Shown here in pieces: positions 34,646 through 43,743 of a stretch of 43,743 nucleotides of DNA. The notes beneath the pieces are model-generated. The model was not told the origin of the DNA. It saw only the letters and a program-made list of their open reading frames with translations, and ran no database searches. The translations under genes were made by a program, and so were the position numbers. This DNA is from Sphaeroforma arctica JP610 (lineage: Eukaryota): NCBI RefSeq assembly GCF_001186125.1, contig NW_014040543.1, forward strand, positions 9,931 through 53,673, read 5' to 3'. Within the stretch, counting starts at the first letter, position 1, and the number at the start of each line of letters is the position of its first letter.

Positions 34646-36884
34646 TATTGTTGGTTCGTGTATATCAAACCAGTAGGAGTGGGCCTTTTAATCCCCCCGA
34701 GAGTATCAACGGCCTAGCTCTTGGCCGTATTGGCAAATATATAACTTACTGATCGGTCAGTGTTGACGAATTAATGTCGTGCACTCGGTCGAATATTTAC
34801 ATATGTCGGATGACTGTACAATAAGGCATTCATGTGAGGTTTTTATACATTGCTCCAAGAACTTGAAGAGTAGTCTTGTGACAGTACACAAAAATGTATA
34901 ATCACCCTCGCCACAAATCCGAGGACCGAAGGAACCGTAGTTGTATGATCAGTTGCATGTCAAAATTCATCTCATTGGATACTGCCACAAGAATTCTCAT
35001 GACTACATTTCATTGTACGAAAACCTCAGATATATGCCCTATTGAAATGTCTTATTACAAACGACACTATTCGACCGAGTGTACGATATTAATTCGTCCC
35101 TTTGACTGATTTGTATTGTTCTCGTTTTACAGCGCACCTGTATCAAAGGCGATATTTTCTTCGTCAGCGATATTTCAAAGGCCCCGTACGTGTAGCCCGA
35201 TCTGCGAGAATCACTACTAGATCTGGTACCAGATTTCACCTATCGCATAGAATCAGCACACCATAATAATTTCCACCACACGACTCAGGGCAAATCAATA
35301 GTAACATTGTAAATTACTTTATGTAAGGGCATCTCACTATGGCCATGTCTTCACTATGATGCAACGAGCGGGCACCGTTATCGCCTGTTTGGAAAAGGCA
35401 TTTATATTTCAACTTCAACTAGAAAAATCAAAGTAATTCAGTATCTTCAAATATTGAATCAGGGGTCCCAGTAGAACTCCCGAGGAAGCTGAGCATTGGA
35501 ATTTTAACCACCTGCGAAAACCTGAGATACAACATATTGATATTACTTGATGATTGTGGACCTGGATGAAAGTAGCATGACCGATACAATCATATACATA
35601 TTGCCGACTTCACACATGATACCACTCGAACCATATTCATAAAATTCGATTTGAAGCTGTACCAATAGATGTTCATTTGGAGTCAACAGGAATAAGACGG
35701 AGTCGATTTGCGCTACCACACGCCTATACAGGCACGTCGGAAAACTTTAGAGTCAAACGAATTAAAGCGTAGTCGAGGTGGGTATGTGATGTCTATGCAG
35801 GCACATGGTAGACGAAAACTGTCTGAAATGTTTGATACATAGTCAATGGTGCGAATAATCGGTATACGCATATAATTGGGCATAAAGCGACCCTTACGCA
35901 CATCAAAGCAGCACTACATTATGATCTTGTTAGAAAATCCAATAGTTGACGCTGTGTTTTCAGGTGTGCTTGATGCGATAGACATGTATATTTTGGCGCA
36001 TTATGATGGAAGATATCGGAATCTCCATAGTAGCCGAAAGAAGTTCTAATTGTCGTGTTTTGCTTTTGCGGATGGGGCGGAATACGCGACTATCATTTCC
36101 GCCAAATGGAAATCTTCGTTCGCAGAGCACATATGCGAACAGTATACTTCCGTGCAAGCCACACATGTATTGGTCATTTGTATCGTTGTTGTACATGCAT
36201 GCACACAACCGCTTCATATACACTCGTTTAGAATTATCTTTTTATTTTTACAAAACCTTGGCGCAAGCGGGTATCATGTCCGCCATAATAACACTGCTAA
36301 CTTAACGCACAAAAAGGGCGGGCATCAGTATATATACACAGGTGTACGAAAGGCTATATATTACTTCCTTCAGGAAAGCAAATATACCTAAAACAGCTAT
36401 TTCGTAACAAAAAAAATGTATCTCGATATGTAAAACTCCTTGGGCTGGTAGACCGCCTTAGCCGCAAAGATCCACTCATTTTCAATATCGTTTGAATAAA
36501 CTGTAAGCATATTTTAGATGTGACATTCAGCTGCTCGATGAATTTAAGCAGTTGTTTTTCATATTGAATCGTTAGACGTACACATGACACACGAGAGTTA
36601 GTTCCGAACCCTTCACATCGCAGAACCAAAAACAATACCCGAAGTGAAATCAGGCACGTTGACCACTTTGTTAGTGGGAACGCTTTAAAAAAAAACAAAA
36701 AAAAACTCACATTTAAGCCGTGTTTGTCACGGAATGTAAACACAGCGTAGCGAGCAGGTAAAGATAGACTCCAGCGGGACATGATTTTGATATAAAACAC
36801 AACTCGAGGTATGAGACCGTATCGGTTCTGATGTGTCAGTCAGCAGGACATAAGTTTAATTTCGAATACTAGTACGACCAATCT

Positions 36885-39800
36885 CTAGTAGTGCAAACGG
36901 GACAGGTTTTGTCGTGCTTCCGCCAAGCCTTGCTTCGTCATAACCATGCGTTGTTCGAGCTTGTCTGCATTGCTATCAATCCACTGCAAACTCTCCAAGT
37001 AGCAATTAAGGATATCTACGACTTTGTCTATCGTATTTTCTTGATTCGGATCCTGTGTAGTACTGTTCACTGTCTCTATGACGCCGCGAAGTTGTTCGTC
37101 CACCTGAGTGTGTGAATATGAGAAAGAAATAAATGAAGAAAATAGTATATGGAGAAGATTTACGACGAAATTTAATTTGTAGACGTTTATAGACCTAAGT
37201 GTGTTCCCTTTACAACTACTGCGAGCGTGATTTAGCATATATAATTCTGACTCAGAAGACAGCAATGAAATGAAGCGTTGCCGTTCACTGTATCTGACAC
37301 TATAGTGCACAAATACATTCTCATCGCTTGTGCGATGCAATATACTAGCACAATTGGTATGCATGTGAGGATGTTGCAGCAGGTCAAAGCAACTAATAGT
37401 CTCATATACATTCTCAAACAAATGCATTGCCTTTGACATTGAATACGCGACCAAGATAGATGCACGGCGAGCACACACAACCACCACTCGATACACAAGC
37501 GGGAGACGCTGTAGGTACAATCACCTTGTTTAGTTGCCGATTCACGTCCTCCAGAGTTTCTAACATTGTCTTCCGATCTGAAGGGTTGGCCCCGCTTGTG
37601 TAAGCCTGCCCTCTCGCATTCATTTTCGCACCATTCATACGCGCTTGGCTTTTCTGTTCGTTTATGTATTCGCCTATGTCTTTTTGGTGGGCATCGATGT
37701 AGTCTATTTCCTGATTGAGCCTCTTCTGCATGGTTTTGACCTCTTCTAATTCACCGAAAACACCCTCAATCTATTAAATGATTCAGAGCAATCAGAAACG
37801 CAAATGCCCAGCGCATGAACACGGATACAGGCCCATGATGATCATGATGTTGGTTGTTCCCCAATGCACACGTGCGAATCATATAATATGTACACAACAT
37901 ATACCTAGGTGGCGCTAGAGAGCATTCATGCTGTATTCAACATCGAAGTTGAGTCGCACAGACTCGGACACAAAACAGTACAGACCAGAGTTTACATACG
38001 GCTACACTACGATAGGGTCCAAATCATTTCACTCAAAGACCCCTATACCTACCGCGTCTTGATTTTTGATGAGCATTTGATCTAGATTTCGAATATCCAG
38101 CGCGTGCCTACAATAATCTTGTGTATGCATCTCCAACTTGCGATTGAATGAGTCGACAATTTCTTGTACTTTCATGTTTGTAATCTCTGATGGCTTGGTC
38201 GTTGGGGCTGGGGCGGTATCAGCGGCAGCAGGTGCTGGTGCAGCCGTGGCCGATTGTGCTGTACTGGAAGACGCCGTGGTACCTAGTCGGGTTTGACGAG
38301 GATTAAATTAGTATCGCAGGGGTTTACCAGTCTAGCTTATTGCATATTGCAATCAGGGTTATGAGCCTGCGCCCGAGATGTACACATGGGACGAAGTGAT
38401 ATTTCCCCTCGAGTACGAGAAGATACAGCGTGGCGGTTTCTCTCACTTGATTTGAAGTATTTGTAATGAACATACGTGTTTGCGTGGTATTCGCACGTTG
38501 TGAGCATATTGATTTATAACAGACGCACATAGTATACATTGTTTGATATTGTATTGATTCGTTTGAATATAAATTGGACGAGAAATATGTGCATCGGTGT
38601 CCGTAGTTTAGATACTGATCATGGAATATTCATGCTGGATACAAGTGCATGTACATTTGATAATTAAGAATACACAGTTTGTTCAGAGGCAAAATTTCGT
38701 AAGTGTAGTATGTGAATGGCTGTAGTTCGAGCTTGATCGAAAGCTTACAATGAAGATATAAGTGCATAAAGACTGCAATATGGCGATCGTTCTATGCACA
38801 TCGGACTGTATAAAGTGCATACACACGTGTAGAATCGTTCACGAGTTGGGAAGCTCATTATCAGTGTGAAGCTGAGGACCCACACCCTCACAAGAAAATG
38901 ACCACATGTATATTCGAGTACAAGCACTAAATACAGAGACTGCCGGGCAGCTAAACCATCAGTGTTTAATAACAGCTAAACATGATTTATCATACCTGGT
39001 GCGGGGGCTTTAAATGTATCTGCCCCATTGGCAGCTGGTGCTGTCGTGGAGCCTGTCGCAGTTGTTCCGTGGGCCGTAGTGGAAGTGGAAGTGGAGGCTG
39101 CAGGAGCTATAGCATAGAGTCAAGATATAAAACGCGGCCTTAAGGAATGGCGGAATATGTAGCAAAGTGCAATCATTTACAAACGATCAAAACAAATAGC
39201 GTAGCTAAACGCAGCCAATGACGAGCACACGATGGAGATGATGCCTAGCATATTTTCAAAATAGCACAAATACACGCAGGATTACGCGCACATAATTGTA
39301 ATGTCTGTACGATATGCAATTAAAGGACAAACAGAAAAGTAAAATACAGACAAAAGCACGAATTCATTCGACTACATCGTATGTTGAAGTGGTTTCAAAT
39401 ACAAACACACAATTGCAAAGAAAATGTATAAAAAGGTTCTCGGGTTACCGGTACACTCCTACCTACGATGCACTACACGCGTGCACATACGTGTTTATTC
39501 TCCATCTGCGGTGTACTTTCTATGCTACGTTTGTGCCACAGTCTGGCGCAGATTAATAAGCATTTTTAACCTAATCACATACAAGTGCTTCCATAGTAAT
39601 TCAGTCAAATGTTTGTATTTAATGCAGTACGGACAACTCATCTTGAATCCAAACCACGCACACCCCCTTATATGTCGACTTGGCGACATCAAAAGTCAGC
39701 AGATATGGGAAGCCCATAAGCAACATGCATGCAAACGAATGCTAACGCACCTGCACTAGAGAACAAGCCTCTCTTTGGAGCAGCACCCGAACCCGATGCC

Positions 39801-42800
39801 GGCGCCCCCATATTGAATGCGGGCGCAGTGGCTCCTGTGCCAGGAATAAATCGACCGATAGTATGAGTAACAGAATCAAGATTGACTGTGAGATCGTGTT
39901 GCTCACGGTAGTTGACTGACCGCTGAACGCACCCTAGCCCATGTCGCTGTGCCGCCCTATGGGTCTCTAGTGTGTAAAATGATGAATCACTCACATAACT
40001 TTTGTCGGGACACGCACAAACGCATGATGGAATACTAGACTGGCAAGCACACAGACAAAGTCACACAGCGCGGCAAAACTCGAGCCGACGACCAATCTAG
40101 TAAATGATGGTTCTGTGGCAAGTTCTCACATGGACGAAGGCAAGGCATTGTATTGGTGATTCTCCCATACATGAGCACAAAAGGAACAAGCACAAATAAA
40201 ACTACCACGTTCCGACGGATTCGCATCCAGAATAAAATCGCAAAAACAATCCGTGGCTGATCATAGCAGGAGCTAGATTACAACAGCATTAAGACATAGC
40301 TCCCCTGAATTCACACCATAAATCACCAACGCAAGCTGGTTCCAATCGACATGTCATACGACAACGCTAACCCACAACACAGATACTCAATTACCGTTTG
40401 TGGCGGGAGCAGAGGCACCGAAGCTAATACCAGCCGGTCTAGCAGCAGTGTCAGTAGAACCTACGGCACCTCCCAATGTTGAAGAGGCTGCGCCGGCGGC
40501 TGGTTTGGGCGCATTTGATGTTCCACCGAACAATCCGGTAGCAGGAGTTGTGGTGGTGGTGCCTGAGAAATGTATTGTAGTTGCCCAACAATGACTCTTT
40601 GTGCTGGTTGTGATATTGATTGGGAAAGCGATAGGGTGAAACGAAGTTGTTCTTGAAAGATACAAGGCATTTCCGCCGAGGTAGCCCGCAGTGGTCCTTA
40701 TATGTACTAAAAAAAATAGATCAGAAATTTAAATACACAGTGGTGTTGTGGTATGATCACACTCGTCACATCCCCAAAGTCACACAAAAATTTGATCTCG
40801 TCACAGACAATCGAAATCCCCCCCCCCAAAAAAAAATATAGAAGTGACATTGTGTGTGAAACGGAAGTGTTTGAGATACAAATCCCAAAGATACAACTAT
40901 ACGTAGCTACACTCTCCAACCAGAAAGTTTTCTGTCCCGTTTGGTCCCACCTTTAAACCATAACCCAAAACAAAAGCCGGCACCATAACAAACAAACCAA
41001 TGAATATAATAGGTACAGCTCAATAGAATTCACTGTAGACATTGACACACACACACCTCCCGCAGCACCAAAAGTCAGCCCAGAAGTAGCAGGCTTCTGT
41101 GCATTAGCATTGACCGCTCCGAAACTCAGCCCTCCCGCGGCAGGTGCAGGTGCAGTTGCAGCCGCAGTTGTGGTTGCGGGTGCACCACCACCGAATAAAT
41201 TGGTCTGAGGGGCTGCAGAGCTTGTCCCTGTGGCACTGGGAGCGGCCCCACTAAAGAGACCACCAGCAGGCGCACCTGAGAGAAGAGCCATAAAGGGTTA
41301 ATATGAGGATAATACCAATCATGCGGGTCAAGATAGGCTCTACCAGAGACACAATACCGTCAACTGCATAAAACCATCTGGTCAACATGAGGCAACGACA
41401 ATACTTCACTAGCAAATCGGAGTAGTTTATTGTAGAAAGTATGAACGGCGAGCATAGATAGAAGTAAGAGAATTTTCTGCACGTACCAGTGCCTGAAGCT
41501 GGTGCACCGCTTCCGAAGGAAAGCGCGGTGGGTGGCTGTCCTGCGGTGGTGGAAGCGGCCGGTTTGGCTCCGAAGCCAGGGAAGCTACCTACACATGGTA
41601 AGTTTGTCGAAGTTTGTCGCGGATTAGCCTCAAGAATGGCGAGACTGTACTTTAAATGCGAGTGTGGCCAGTATTTGAATATGTATGCCGTCGAAAAAGA
41701 CAATTTAACATATAGAATAGCTTATTGGGACAAAGTAACAACATAAATTCTCTTTGGTCCGAACGCATATAGGCTGATTGTTTGGACTAGTCTATAGTAA
41801 TGGCCCAGTATAGCGATTCAGTAGGATTCGTTTATACGCGGTCGTGCTCATCCCGCTCGAACGTTGAATAACACGCAATTGTGCAGTGATCGTTCGTAAA
41901 ACCCTGGAGGCCACCTCTGAATACTCACTGACTGAAATTTAGATGCTAGTTACACACTGACTCACTCGACAATACGCATATTGTTGAGTAACCTTTACCG
42001 GGCCCTCACCTATCTCAGAACACAACCCCCCAAGATATATTAAAACGAACGCACCATCAGCGAAAGGCAGTATATATTACTCGACAAACACCATTAGAAT
42101 GACGACTAGCAAAGAAAATTACATGATTGTCTGTGAGGCGCTACACAGAAATTTACTTCGAATTTGCTTTACCTGCTGACGGCGCAGATTTCGTCGCGGG
42201 TGCTCCACCGAATAAACCTCCATTACCAGGGGCTGCCGCGGCCGCACCTGAACAAAAATACAAAGAAATTTTGAAAGGCATTCATACGGAGGCGGTTATT
42301 TGGGTATGAAAACAGTCAATTTATTGGTAGGTCCAAAAGCTACCATTCACTCCAAGCATTCGCACCAAGACCTGTCCAACAACTTAACGTTTTCTACACC
42401 TTTCGGTTGACGGCGGCTATAACATTAATAGCAGACAAGAGCGCAGCACCTATCTGGACTAATTAGAATTATACGCGCAACATAGACTATATGTCGGCAA
42501 GGGAGCAGAAAAATCCACCACGTCCACATAACACACCCCCGGTAGCAGCAGGCGTACCAAATCCACTTGTTGCAGGTGCAGGTGCTGCCCCCCCGCCGAA
42601 GCCACCGAGTGTCCCTGACTGAGTCGTGCCTTGCGTGCTCGTCTTAGGCACACCAAACCCACTGAAGCCAGTTTTAGCGTGTGTGCCACTAACTGCCCCA
42701 GCCCCAAAAGACGGGGCCGCGGTTGCACCTGTTGCTGCTGTATTTTGGGTGCAGATAGCAAGGGTTGGACTTTTGGCTTTATGCGAGCTTGGAAGGCCTT

Positions 42801-43625
42801 AGCATAGTGTCGAATTCATGTCTGTTTATAGTTGTCGCGATATTCCATATTTGGTGCGGCGTGGTCACGAATAGGAGACACATCGTAGTATTTGCAACGT
42901 AAAAAGTATATAATAAACAACTATAGAACTGGGCTCCACAATACCGCCGATGCATTCCTATATGAATACAAGCCACGCCAGGTGCTCGCGCGCAAGTGCA
43001 AGTTGAGCACACTACAGGATAGCCCACGACGGGCCAGAAGCAATTGCTGGAAGTCAGGGAATGCACAACAATAGTACTTCTCAGTAAGGCATTCTTGATA
43101 AACAGGAACAAGCCTCAACTAGGACAGTGTCTTCATCCTCCAAATATTTTACTATCGGCTTATGCAAGTCTATCAGACGGTTTAGCACCAGGTACTACAA
43201 GCCACACAAGGTAATGTATTGCAATATTCGCAAAACACTTGCACTTGCAATGCACAAGTAAGCCACAACTGCATCGGCCTCAAAACGGGACTAAAGTCAA
43301 TATACATGTCTTACCAATTGAAATGGGTTATGAGCTCGAATCGTCGTGGATGTGATGTGTTTGGGCGCAATGCGGAGGAAACAGATGTCGAAACGGGTCT
43401 CGTGTGCTTACAACAAATATCACACATTCGATGCAGAGATGACAAAAATGGCTGACAACGAATGGTGCACATCACATACAGACGGATTGTGTGCGTATGT
43501 ATGTAATATCACAAACTATGTATGCCTATATGTCATTTCCAAGTACCAGGTTGGGGAGCTGCGAAAGAGAAACCCGGTGTACCACCGGTAGCACTTCCGC
43601 CGGAGGTCGCTCCAAAATTGAAAGA
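36885..43625 (-). CDS. NUP62: Nucleoporin Nup62/Nsp1 (FG-repeat N-terminus plus Nsp1_C coiled coil); 5' partial, start exon beyond the window
   Basis: FG exons: 43625-43574 (SFNFG), ~42737-42537, ~42247-42173, ~41587-41487, ~41275-41057, ~40562-40396, ~39835-39752, ~39107-38996. Coiled-coil exons: 38282-38053 (KVQEIVDSFNRKLE...LDQMLIKN), 37770-37525 (QKRLNQEIDYIDAHQKDI) and 37103-36885 (VDILNCYLESLQWIDSNADKLE, like Nup62 ILNAHMDSLQWIDQN). Confidence 0.92.
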
Positions 43626-43700
43626 CTGCAAATGGAAAGAAGTCAGACGAGATACAAATGAGCAGAAATACCCGATTTTGATTTGTTTAGTGGGTCAGAA

Positions 43701-43731
43701 GGAGATAGATAGAGAGAGAGAGAGAGAGAGG
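43701..43731. repeat. (GA)n microsatellite in a Nup62 intron
   Basis: GATAGATAGAGAGAGAGAGAGAGAGAG run. Confidence 0.9.
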
Positions 43732-43743
43732 GAGGGGGTGAGC

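Noticed and set aside
34750..36880. Short ORFs and possible decayed coding sequence downstream of Nup62
   Set aside because: No recognisable domain, splice pattern or repeat structure that I can support by eye.
37104..37520. N-terminal ~138 aa of the 211-aa ORF
   Set aside because: Open intron sequence between Nup62 exons; Nup62 similarity begins only at VDEQL after the CAG acceptor.

Overview
Intron-rich eukaryotic nuclear DNA with GT-AG introns and (TA)n/(GA)n microsatellites. The IQSEC-type gene suggests a holozoan, possibly a unicellular one (inference). Four host protein genes are visible: a multi-exon IQ-Sec7-PH ARF-GEF (IQSEC/BRAG-like, +), a ~2,400-aa two-exon PPR protein (-), a small N-terminally anchored WCGPC thioredoxin-like protein (+), and the nucleoporin Nup62/Nsp1 (-, start codon outside the window). 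There is also a tRNA-Pro(CGG) gene. The centre (~19.8-34.65 kb) is a nested repeat island: a diverged ~165-bp inverted-repeat pair brackets an array of ~250-370-bp satellite units. Three retroelement pieces sit in that array: a 5'-truncated, decayed Ty3/gypsy chromovirus and two 3'-end fragments of one LINE-like family. The most unusual signal is in the Ty3/gypsy pol, which carries a Dam-like DNA adenine methyltransferase domain (DLFA...NPPW) in frame between RNase H and the DDE integrase (PR-RT-RH-MTase-IN-chromo). That domain is typical of tyrosine-recombinase DIRS elements rather than integrase-encoding LTR elements. Exon boundaries and alignments were done by eye and no database searches were run.
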